From a virus (lineage: Duplodnaviria; Caudoviricetes), in the IMG/VR virus record IMGVR_UViG_3300037486_000366, positions 1 to 61,175 of that record: a DNA stretch of 61,175 bases. One strand, given 5' to 3'. Position 1 is the first letter of the stretch, and each line of letters begins with the position of its first letter. Shown piece after piece: positions 53,267 through 61,175 of the stretch. The notes beneath the pieces were generated by a model, which saw nothing but the letters and a program-made list of their open reading frames with translations, did no database searches and was not told the origin of the DNA. The translations under genes and the position numbers were made by a program.

Positions 53267-56248
53267 TTATACCTCTATATCATCTCTTTCAATTAAGTAT
53301 TGATACCCCCATGCTAAGGGCCTTATTTTAGTAGTAGCATCTTTTGGTACAAAGGTAAATCTTACTTTATGTAAAAAAGCAGTAGAATTACATAATGAAA
53401 CAAATCGTTGGACTCGTTGAACTCCCTCTGCAAGAGCCACTGTAGTTAAAAGAGTATAAGAAGAATCCCCGTTTGCCGCATATTCTACTAAAACAGGAAT
53501 TGCAGTTAATGTACGATTAACTCCGGGGTTAACATACGCAGCACGAGTTGCTGGAAGAAAAGTTAACAAATCAGCTGTGACGGACTGAAGGATGTATTTT
53601 GAATTCCATAATGGTTCATCTGTTAAAATAACATACCCGGGTTGAAAACCGGCAACAACAAAATCACCCGCAGCAGTAGATATTGTTGTTTGTATACCTT
53701 CGAAAATTTCCCCATCTATTTGTAGAGCACCAGCTGTTTCTTTATAATGTGGTGGGTTAGGAACAAAGGTTGCTCCTTCTTCAATTGATTTACAATGTAA
53801 ATCATCACCAGAGAAATGAACTTCAGTAACTAATGGGTCTTCAATTACTTCATTATATACCCTACAATTACCATCTAAATAACCTGAACCAGTAAAAATA
53901 AAATCATTGCGGGTATACTTAAGGGCATCTAAAGGAGTTGTTTTAGTTAATAATTTAATGCGTCGCATTAATGTAGTATCAAATATATCCCCACTTGGTA
54001 AATGTTCTCCCATAGTTATAGAAGCTTGAATGTCTTCAGTATCATTCCACAACAACCCAGATTCTAACAAGGCCATATGACCATTATTAAATAAGGCGTA
54101 AATAAAGATATTGCCTTGAGTATCATTTACTTGAAACGTTGCTTGTGGTACAGGTTGTGTTCCTGGTTTTTTCTGTGACCATCGCTTAGAATTAAGATTA
54201 TACATTACCCAAACATTACATTCTGTTTGCCCAGTTCCTGATGGGAAGCATAAATTATACTCGTTATAGTTCGGATCAAACCAGGCATGTGCTCTATGAA
54301 TATAAGCAGAATTAATGCATTCTGTTTTTGTAGCATCAAAAAAATTATCTATTCCACGTAATGGGACAAGCACAGCAGCATCAAATAACATCGGCCCTCT
54401 GGCGCTTAACCATAAGGCAATATTACGAATATTCCCAGCTGATATTTCATAGGCAATTTCTGCTGTAACCATAGTACGAGGAGCAGGACAACCAATATGT
54501 GTAGACACAGTAAATAATTTAAATGTTGAAGGGCCATCACCATCAAGTAAAAATGTTGACCCTTTTTTTAATAGTAGTTCAGAATTATATAAATTTGAAC
54601 CAAATCTATTAAAAATGTTTACAGCCGTCATTAAATCATCACTGTCCCCAATATAAAGCTGTTTTTCCCCATCACTTGATTCATCGCCATTATAACAATC
54701 TATCGTGTCAATCGGCCCGTAATCAAGACGATTTGCTTCTTTACCTAATTTATAGTTCGCCAGAAAAACTCGATTTTTAAAAGAAAAACCAAAATCATAA
54801 ATAGGTAAAGGATCAGTAGCTGTAACACCAAACAAGGCATCGACTGATGTTCCATCATTAGATGTACCAGGAGTTAAAGTAGCATTTGGGACTAATTTAT
54901 AAGCATAACCAGTAGTATCAAACATTGTTACCGGAAATTCGAGCCCATCAGCTGGAGAGTCCCATGAGATATGACCACTTTGTCCAAGGGTTGCGCTACT
55001 AACCATAGTACCATCATATACTGTACCTGTAGTTACAAATGCAGAACCGTTCCAATAATAAACAGTAAAAGAGGCAGCAACAGCATTAACTTTTCCAGCA
55101 ATCATTATTACTTTTACTGCTGATGTTCTACGACTGAACATTAGAATTATCTGATCAGAACTTGTTAATCCACCCCATTTTGCAGCGATTGGATATGTAG
55201 AATTACTTATTTCTGCAAGTTCAGCAGTATAATTTTCCCAGTTTGCTCCTCGTTTATCTTGTGCTTGAATGCAATAACGATATTGACCATCCCAAAGGTT
55301 ACAAAGATTCTGTATTGGACAATCTACAGTAACATGATAAAGATCAGCAGTACCCGCAGAAATAGTAAAATAGTACCAGTATAGGGACATTCCCTCAATT
55401 AAAGCAGGCTTTACTGTACCAACCGTAGAAGTAAAAGAAACAGACCCCTGTCCACTTGGTATAGCTAATGTTTTTCCACCAGAAGATGTTCCATCAGTTA
55501 AAGTAAGAGCGCCCCAAGAAGTACCATTCCAAACATAACCAGACATACTTGAAGCTGAAGCATTTAAAGTTTTAATATAAGCTTTCCATGCTTTAATTGG
55601 ACGAGTAGTACCGAATAAGAAAACTTTACCAGTAGCAAAAGTAAAGATATTAAGAGAATCTTGTAAAACATTTCTAACACGGTCAGTTATATCTTTTCCA
55701 CCAGTTAAAGTTAAAGCAGAAATAGAGTCTGCAAGAAAAGCAGCTCCTATCGCTTGTTCTGCCCCAGCATATATCTTAGTTTCAACTCCATTACAATACA
55801 ACATATTGTTCAGAGGTAACTGGTTTATATTAGCTATACCAGCTCCAGCAGCATCAGTAAAAACTTCTGTTGCCTCAAAAGTTCCTGACCCTGGTGGCTC
55901 AACAATGTTCAAAAATACTTTTGATGCAGTTAAATCAGTATTAAAACATTGAGCAAAGATTAATGATTTAATAGTATAAGGGGTTCTTATTTGAAGACCA
56001 GTACGACCTTTAATATAGGTCGTAATAGCACTTGAAGTGACTTTTTCATAACCATCAACACTTTCTAGATCTTTATCAATGTATCTGAAATTTTCTATTT
56101 CTGAATAATTCTCTAGTGCAAGTTTTAATGGGTCAACATTTGGCTGCCACTCACCAGTAAAAGCAAATTGCTTCTGAAGAAACTTTTCAGTAGTTTCATC
56201 ACGTTTCTGGTAGTATGCTTGGTTATAATCAATTACTTGATTAGGCAT
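53267..56248 (-). CDS. Tail nozzle / tail tubular protein B-like (P22 gp10-like)
   Basis: ~990 aa beta-rich; IGCPAP.T, WLS.RG, Y.L.F...VW.MYN.....W; follows the adaptor genes. Confidence 0.7.
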   Translation of the reverse strand: MPNQVIDYNQAYYQKRDETTEKFLQKQFAFTGEWQPNVDPLKLALENYSEIENFRYIDKDLESVDGYEKVTSSAITTYIKGRTGLQIRTPYTIKSLIFAQCFNTDLTASKVFLNIVEPPGSGTFEATEVFTDAAGAGIANINQLPLNNMLYCNGVETKIYAGAEQAIGAAFLADSISALTLTGGKDITDRVRNVLQDSLNIFTFATGKVFLFGTTRPIKAWKAYIKTLNASASSMSGYVWNGTSWGALTLTDGTSSGGKTLAIPSGQGSVSFTSTVGTVKPALIEGMSLYWYYFTISAGTADLYHVTVDCPIQNLCNLWDGQYRYCIQAQDKRGANWENYTAELAEISNSTYPIAAKWGGLTSSDQIILMFSRRTSAVKVIMIAGKVNAVAASFTVYYWNGSAFVTTGTVYDGTMVSSATLGQSGHISWDSPADGLEFPVTMFDTTGYAYKLVPNATLTPGTSNDGTSVDALFGVTATDPLPIYDFGFSFKNRVFLANYKLGKEANRLDYGPIDTIDCYNGDESSDGEKQLYIGDSDDLMTAVNIFNRFGSNLYNSELLLKKGSTFLLDGDGPSTFKLFTVSTHIGCPAPRTMVTAEIAYEISAGNIRNIALWLSARGPMLFDAAVLVPLRGIDNFFDATKTECINSAYIHRAHAWFDPNYNEYNLCFPSGTGQTECNVWVMYNLNSKRWSQKKPGTQPVPQATFQVNDTQGNIFIYALFNNGHMALLESGLLWNDTEDIQASITMGEHLPSGDIFDTTLMRRIKLLTKTTPLDALKYTRNDFIFTGSGYLDGNCRVYNEVIEDPLVTEVHFSGDDLHCKSIEEGATFVPNPPHYKETAGALQIDGEIFEGIQTTISTAAGDFVVAGFQPGYVILTDEPLWNSKYILQSVTADLLTFLPATRAAYVNPGVNRTLTAIPVLVEYAANGDSSYTLLTTVALAEGVQRVQRFVSLCNSTAFLHKVRFTFVPKDATTKIRPLAWGYQYLIERDDIEV

Positions 56249-56876
56249 TTGTTGTTCCTGGTTGTACTTCTGTTTGTTTAAGGTTATATGAATCAAGTGC
56301 CGGAGCACCAAATTTTTGAGTTAAAAGATTACTTATGTCTGTTGATAATGAAGCTATATAAAGATTAAACATTTGCAAAGCTTTTGTTGTTTGTCTCTCT
56401 TTTATCAGCCCCATTGCCACGACAAAAATAACTGCAGACATATAAAATCTACCTGAAATTAATGTTATATCATTAGTTTCTTTGGCAAAAAAAGCTGTAA
56501 GAATTTGCCCATTCTCTGCTAATGTTGGAGTTGGGAACAACCATATTTTTGAAGCATAATCATAAAAATATTCAGGTGGGCCAGTAGGTATAGCAGTTTG
56601 AAAGCCTCTCATTAAAGGCGTGGTCTTACGTAGTGTTTTTCCTGCAGCAGCATAATAAATATTATCGACTCGTAAAAATGCAGTTGCTGGTGTATATGAA
56701 TCAATTCCAGTTAACAATGAAATATAATCAACTGTTTCTACAGAATAAGTACGAGTAGATATATCATATGCAGCTTGAGTAACCCAATCTTCTAAATCAG
56801 TATCAAGCCAAAATGAGGCATATTGCTCATTCAATAATCTTCGTGCCGCTGTTTTTACTAATAGAACTGATGGCAT
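56241..56876 (-). CDS. Head-tail adaptor / tail tubular protein A-like
   Basis: AR.LLNE...FW.D.DL..W...A, GPPEYF, IWLFPTP. Confidence 0.75.
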   Translation of the reverse strand: MPSVLLVKTAARRLLNEQYASFWLDTDLEDWVTQAAYDISTRTYSVETVDYISLLTGIDSYTPATAFLRVDNIYYAAAGKTLRKTTPLMRGFQTAIPTGPPEYFYDYASKIWLFPTPTLAENGQILTAFFAKETNDITLISGRFYMSAVIFVVAMGLIKERQTTKALQMFNLYIASLSTDISNLLTQKFGAPALDSYNLKQTEVQPGTTNA

Positions 56877-56884
56877 ATATTACC

Positions 56885-57538
56885 TCACCAATTTGAAAAT
56901 GGAGGTTGTTGAACTCTAAAAGATAAACGTGTTCTACCAGTCTTTTTTATCTTTTTAGCAGTTGACCTATCTGCCTGAAATAAATCTTCAAAATATTCTC
57001 CCTCACGAATATTTGTCCAGGCTTGTTTAGGTAACTTAAAAATACGCCCGAATACTCCATACTTAATACAATCAAACCAATCATCGTAGATATAATCAGG
57101 AATTACTGTTGCAGTCAACTTTGGTTTTAAAGAAGCCCAAATTTCAAGGCCACCAGCAACACTTTCAGTTGGGATATACCTGAAACGAAATATTTTCTCA
57201 ATATCTGCTAAATAAGTGATTTGACCAGAAGAGGTCTGTTGGCGCCAAGCATCTGCACTACTATCAAGGACTTCCATTGAATCTGGAGTAAGAAATCCTC
57301 CAGAGAATTCAGCTCGTTCTACATTAACAACTGATGCTTGTAAAGCTACTGGGGCAACTAAAGCATATTCTGCTACACCTATTGTTACATTAATTGCGTC
57401 TAGTTTTTCCTGCCATGTACCAGTCGTAGCACAGAAATCACGAATTGAATTCATTACTTCGCGATCAATTATGTCTTTTGGACAACCAGGAATACCCTCT
57501 GAAACATCAGCTAACCAATCATTAATAGAGTAAGGCAT
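56885..57538 (-). CDS. Head-tail connector protein
   Basis: PGCP.......IRDFC..T..W, LKP...A..IPD, W.N pattern of podophage adaptors. Confidence 0.7.
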   Translation of the reverse strand: MPYSINDWLADVSEGIPGCPKDIIDREVMNSIRDFCATTGTWQEKLDAINVTIGVAEYALVAPVALQASVVNVERAEFSGGFLTPDSMEVLDSSADAWRQQTSSGQITYLADIEKIFRFRYIPTESVAGGLEIWASLKPKLTATVIPDYIYDDWFDCIKYGVFGRIFKLPKQAWTNIREGEYFEDLFQADRSTAKKIKKTGRTRLSFRVQQPPFSNW

Positions 57539-57549
57539 AACAAACTCCT

Positions 57550-57588
57550 TAAAAAAGTGGGGGAGAAAGGAGGAGTAACTCCCCCACT
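57550..57588 (-). terminator. Rho-independent terminator after the capsid genes
   Basis: Minus strand AGTGGGGGAG...CTCCCCCACT followed by TTTTT. Confidence 0.8.
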
Positions 57589-57607
57589 AAGGTTAAAGGG
57601 TTAACAG

Positions 57608-58138
57608 TTATGCTAACACAGTTGAAGGTATTTCCCGCATATCTGAACACGTCCAAGTAACACCAGCAGCGTCACTATTAGTTGTTCCAAATGTGAACGG
57701 GTTAGTTGTATTCACCACCTTTATCTGCCCAAAGGCAATTTTTCCAGCCGGAGTTGGCGGTCTAACTGGAGTTGCAGATGAAATAACAGTTACACCTTCA
57801 TGCATTCCCCAAGTACCAGCATCAGTAATTGTTAACAAGAATATTCTGGCATACCCGGCTGCAAGAATTGTCGGGGTATAACCAGCAATTGTCGAAACAT
57901 CAATTGTTGCAGTAATTGCTACTGTACCTATAGTACCATCACTTTTGGCATAGTATGTAGCAGCCACTGTTTTAAGATCAGCATCCGCTGTAGCTTTAGC
58001 GACTAAACCTGGTGCCGGCCCAAGCATTTGACCCCTTACCATTTCAATCTGAATCTGGCTAAGGATCGCATAAAGTGCGCGTTTAGCTGCAGGGTCCTTA
58101 ATGTTCTGAAGAAACTGTTTAATTTTTACAACGGCCAT
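57608..58138 (-). CDS. Putative capsid decoration protein (paralog 2)
   Basis: Shares AKATADADLKT, ATIDVS and NTTNPF.FGTTNSDAAGVT.TCSD with the upstream gene. Confidence 0.7.
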   Translation of the reverse strand: MAVVKIKQFLQNIKDPAAKRALYAILSQIQIEMVRGQMLGPAPGLVAKATADADLKTVAATYYAKSDGTIGTVAITATIDVSTIAGYTPTILAAGYARIFLLTITDAGTWGMHEGVTVISSATPVRPPTPAGKIAFGQIKVVNTTNPFTFGTTNSDAAGVTWTCSDMREIPSTVLA

Positions 58139-58164
58139 ACGCAAAATCCTCCTATAAGGAATTG

Positions 58165-58704
58165 TTACTGAGTAATTGTGTCAAGATAACAGGACCCCAG
58201 ACCGTTAACTATGTCAGACAAATCTGAACAAGTAAAGGTCACACCAGCAGCGTCACTATTAGTCGTACCGAAAATAAACGGATTTGTAGTGTTCGTAACT
58301 ACAACCATTCCTACTGGACACACATTTGCCGGACAGGCAGGCAAAAGCATAAGAGCTGCTGCTGACGTTGCCGCATCAAGTCCTTTAAGCAAATTCCAGG
58401 TTCCAGAAGCTAAAGTCAAAAGATAAGCTGCATATTTAGCAGCTGCCTGAGTCCAGGTTCCTGCTGCCACACCAGCTACACAACCTGCAAGACCTGAAAC
58501 ATCAATCGTCGCTGCTGCTGCCTGAATAATACATTTTCCATTCAGGGCATAATTGATCGTAGTTGTGGTTTTAAGATCTGCATCAGCTGTGGCTTTAGCA
58601 GCAAGCGTCCCACCTGAAAATGCACGTGTATTTGTACGTGCAAGCAAAAGGTTAAATAGAGATGCAATATCTGCATCACGCACATAATCGTATATTCTGG
58701 GCAT
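58165..58704 (-). CDS. Putative capsid decoration protein (paralog 1)
   Basis: GAGGAGG RBS; Ala/Thr-rich; paralog of the downstream gene. Confidence 0.7.
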   Translation of the reverse strand: MPRIYDYVRDADIASLFNLLLARTNTRAFSGGTLAAKATADADLKTTTTINYALNGKCIIQAAAATIDVSGLAGCVAGVAAGTWTQAAAKYAAYLLTLASGTWNLLKGLDAATSAAALMLLPACPANVCPVGMVVVTNTTNPFIFGTTNSDAAGVTFTCSDLSDIVNGLGSCYLDTITQ

Positions 58705-58720
58705 AAGTTATGTCCTCCTC

Positions 58721-59122
58721 TTAGACAAGATAAAATGGGAACCGTCGTACCTGACGAGAAAGAATCGGTCCAAATTCCTTACCATCATCCATTTCACGAA
58801 AGTATCTCGTTTCAGTCGCATTTTCAAGAGCATGTATTACAGCTACTGGTACTGATACTTCTATTTCGCGAGGTATATTGTAACCGACACCATTAACAGC
58901 AACAAACACTGCATGATTACCACCAGGACCATCCTGATTATGAATAATAATCGACCGCCTTGTTTGTGCTACTACTTCTTCAGTTTTCTTTCCCTGCAAA
59001 TCTGTTTCGTGTTCCCTTAAATACTTAGTGATTTCTTCTTTACTAGACTCTTCATCCGCTTCAGGTTCCTGACCTTTAATAGGTTCAGGATCAACCACCT
59101 CGAGCTTTTTCTCCTTTACCAT
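58721..59122 (-). CDS. Conserved protein downstream of the major capsid gene
   Basis: VFVAVNG..Y.IPR..EV.VP.AV..AL.NA...RFP motif. Confidence 0.7.
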   Translation of the reverse strand: MVKEKKLEVVDPEPIKGQEPEADEESSKEEITKYLREHETDLQGKKTEEVVAQTRRSIIIHNQDGPGGNHAVFVAVNGVGYNIPREIEVSVPVAVIHALENATETRYFREMDDGKEFGPILSRQVRRFPFYLV

Positions 59123-59164
59123 AGTACGGTTCTCCTTTTAGATTATTTTTAGCTACACTTCATA

Positions 59165-60166
59165 TTACGGATTGAGTGTAACAGAAGTCTCAGCTCGCAG
59201 CATCCAAGCATCATTAAGGATAACTGCTTTCTGCATTGACTTCCATGATACGTGGCCTCTCTGTGCTAACGGGTCACTATCACTTGGGGTTGGATTAACG
59301 ACCATAGGAACAATAGCATTGGGTCCTTTCAGAGGAACAATACCATATGCGTTTGAACCAAGATAAATGATCGGATATATATCAGCGTTTGTCCCAGCAG
59401 TAGAAATCATTTCTGTACCAGAACCTGATTTTGCCGCCCCACCATCTGCCCAAGGAACAAAAATAGTGGAGTAAATATACCGGACATCTTCAACCTTACC
59501 GATTTCAGACTCATACGGTGTAAGCTGTCCATACTCTTCCACAGGCACGAAACCAGGAAGATTACGAATGTCTGCTTCACAATCAGAGTGACAAAGGGCA
59601 ATAAAGGCCGGCGCAACGTTAGCAGTACCGAAAGCTGCAGTTGATCGAACAACTTTACTGATCTTCTTGGCCATCTGGCGTTTAAGATAACGAGTGATTC
59701 TTCGTTGCAGAGAAAGAGTAATAGGGGTATTGACATCAGTACGCTGCGTACCATTTGCATAATACACATTTGTTCCAGCTTTAATAACCCCGAAACGTGC
59801 TACTTCAACCATCTGAGCAGCTTGTTCTCCAAGGACTTCCTGAGCTTCTTTGAAAACTGGATCTTCGTGAGTGTCCTGGATAACGTCAGTAATAGTAATT
59901 CTATCACCAAGCTGTTCGAGGGTGACTGATACATCCGTAGAGGTAAGCTGTTTTCCAGTAGGCGTCACCCCTTCAACAAGCACATTAGGAGTATTGTCCA
60001 AGGAATTGTATCGCCTGAAATTCATGGTCTTTGAATTGTTTGCAGGTAATGGTTTTGCCTGCCCAAATTTTTCTATTACAAGATAAGGAAGAGCTCTTTC
60101 AAGAAATTCCTTAGCTGCAAATGCTGCAGTACGAGGAGATATATCTCCATATTTAGTTATAGCCAT
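59165..60166 (-). CDS. Major capsid protein, N4-gp56 family
   Basis: YGDISPRTAA, KFGQ.KPLP.N.SKT..FRRY, EGVTP, EIGKVE.VR, DPLAQRG.VSWK. Confidence 0.92.
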   Translation of the reverse strand: MAITKYGDISPRTAAFAAKEFLERALPYLVIEKFGQAKPLPANNSKTMNFRRYNSLDNTPNVLVEGVTPTGKQLTSTDVSVTLEQLGDRITITDVIQDTHEDPVFKEAQEVLGEQAAQMVEVARFGVIKAGTNVYYANGTQRTDVNTPITLSLQRRITRYLKRQMAKKISKVVRSTAAFGTANVAPAFIALCHSDCEADIRNLPGFVPVEEYGQLTPYESEIGKVEDVRYIYSTIFVPWADGGAAKSGSGTEMISTAGTNADIYPIIYLGSNAYGIVPLKGPNAIVPMVVNPTPSDSDPLAQRGHVSWKSMQKAVILNDAWMLRAETSVTLNP

Positions 60167-60183
60167 ACGTTAGACCTCCTGAG

Positions 60184-61131
60184 TCATTTTTTTAGATTAT
60201 CTTTTGCAACTGCCTCATTAAAAGCGCCGACGAAATCATTCTTGTCAACTTCAGATTTTGGTAAAAGAACAGAACTACTTCCTGTCTTTACTGCAGCAGC
60301 TGCAATTATTTTTTCGTTAGGTTTTTCCTCTTTCTTTTCCTCTTTCTTTTCCTCTTTCTTTTCCTCTTTCTTTTCTTCTGCTTTAAGAGGAATGCCTCTT
60401 GCTACTTTGTATTCCTTAAGAAGTTTTAGAACTTGGGAAGTATTACCATGATCAATTATATTCAAGGTTGCTTTTGCTTGAGCGTAAGGTAATTCTTCAG
60501 CGTATTTAGTAAGATCACCTGAGGTAATTATCTTATTAATATCTGGATGTTGCTCTTCAATTGTCATAAAATGTTCGGCTGTTTTTTCTGCCTTAGCTTC
60601 TTCGAGAGTCTTTTTAACAGTAGTAGTTGCTTCAGTAGCAAAGGCTTTTGCTGCAGTAAGCTCTTTACCTACTACTTCTTTAATTAGTTTTCTAATTAAA
60701 ATATTGACGGGTTTTACAAACTCTTCTCCCATCTCCTCTTCGAAAGCTTTAAGAGAGATAGTTTCTGCTTCTGATAAACCTACTTGTAAGTCTGGGTCTT
60801 TTACTACTGGGGCTTTAGCTGACTGAAGTTCCTTAATAAGTTTATCTTGTGCAGCAAGTCTCCCATCCCAGGATTTCATTCGGTCTTCATTAGCTTTTGC
60901 TTTTTTCTCAGCCTCTTCCCATAAAACCCTATAGTCTGTAGACTTTTCTTCTATAGGTTTTTCTTCTATAGGTTTTGTCTCTATAGGTTTTTCTTCTATA
61001 GGTTTTTCTTCTATAGGTTTTTCTTCTATAGGTTTTTCTTCTATAGGGGTAAGATCAATTATTTCTTTGAATGCAACATCATAAGCCGCTTGATCTTGCT
61101 CATGATTAACTATTCCTTGTCCTGTTTGCAT
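60184..61131 (-). CDS. Capsid scaffolding protein
   Basis: Directly upstream of MCP; charged coiled coil, H..I...HPD motif, C-terminal DF..AF.EA; GGAGG RBS. Confidence 0.75.
   Translation of the reverse strand: MQTGQGIVNHEQDQAAYDVAFKEIIDLTPIEEKPIEEKPIEEKPIEEKPIETKPIEEKPIEEKSTDYRVLWEEAEKKAKANEDRMKSWDGRLAAQDKLIKELQSAKAPVVKDPDLQVGLSEAETISLKAFEEEMGEEFVKPVNILIRKLIKEVVGKELTAAKAFATEATTTVKKTLEEAKAEKTAEHFMTIEEQHPDINKIITSGDLTKYAEELPYAQAKATLNIIDHGNTSQVLKLLKEYKVARGIPLKAEEKKEEKKEEKKEEKKEEKPNEKIIAAAAVKTGSSSVLLPKSEVDKNDFVGAFNEAVAKDNLKK
60322..60378 (-). repeat. 12-bp tandem repeat (KKEE)x4 in the scaffold
   Basis: TTCCTCTTTCTT units. Confidence 0.85.
60943..61047 (-). repeat. 15-bp tandem repeat (PIEEK)x7 in the scaffold
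   Basis: TTCTTCTATAGGTTT units, one variant PIETK. Confidence 0.92.
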
Positions 61132-61175
61132 ATTTCCTCCATTTGTGGGCGGACGCCACCGTCTCCACCTTATAT
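61025..61175. repeat. Terminal direct repeat (copy 2), circular assembly overlap
   Basis: Matches 1-151 with one mismatch. Confidence 0.95.

Noticed and set aside
1339-60451. Many short ORF-track entries antisense or out-of-frame within long genes (e.g. 1339-1554, 9332-9553, 39782-40108, 52607-52972, 59407-59769)
   Set aside because: They lie wholly inside well-supported genes and lack an RBS or motifs; treated as shadow ORFs.

Overview
This window is an apparently complete, circularly permuted ~61.0 kb dsDNA tailed-phage genome. Bases 1-151 repeat at 61025-61175 with one synonymous mismatch. Two arms diverge from a promoter region at ~4.7-4.95 kb and converge at ~28.0 kb. The + arm (5-27.9 kb) carries small early genes, a nucleotide-modification cluster (methyltransferase, dUTPase, kinase fused to a UDG-like domain, a thymidylate-synthase homolog with the dCMP-type Asp, an HD hydrolase) and a replication module (PolA, resolvase-like nuclease, SSB, primase, UvrD and SNF2 helicases). 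The - arm carries TerS, TerL, portal, scaffold, an N4-gp56-type major capsid protein, podovirus-like tail adaptors and nozzle, a tail fibre, a holin, ejected/internal proteins including a 2884-aa polyvalent protein, further tail proteins and an endolysin. I saw no integrase, repressor, RNA polymerase, tRNA or CRISPR array. The best candidate for a new system is a tightly coupled cassette at 46.7-52.0 kb, directly behind the tail fibre. It has two small proteins ending in 17-20 strict tetrapeptide repeats ([HYN]-x-[ATS]-[TS]), two radical SAM enzymes (one with a full SPASM domain), a glycosyltransferase and two unknown proteins, but no exporter or protease. This suggests RiPP-type chemistry applied to a virion tail component. 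A second candidate is an 87-aa gene that looks like a fusion of capsid-like and terminase-like peptides, possibly an immune-sensor decoy. All functional calls come from motif recognition by eye; no database searches were run.
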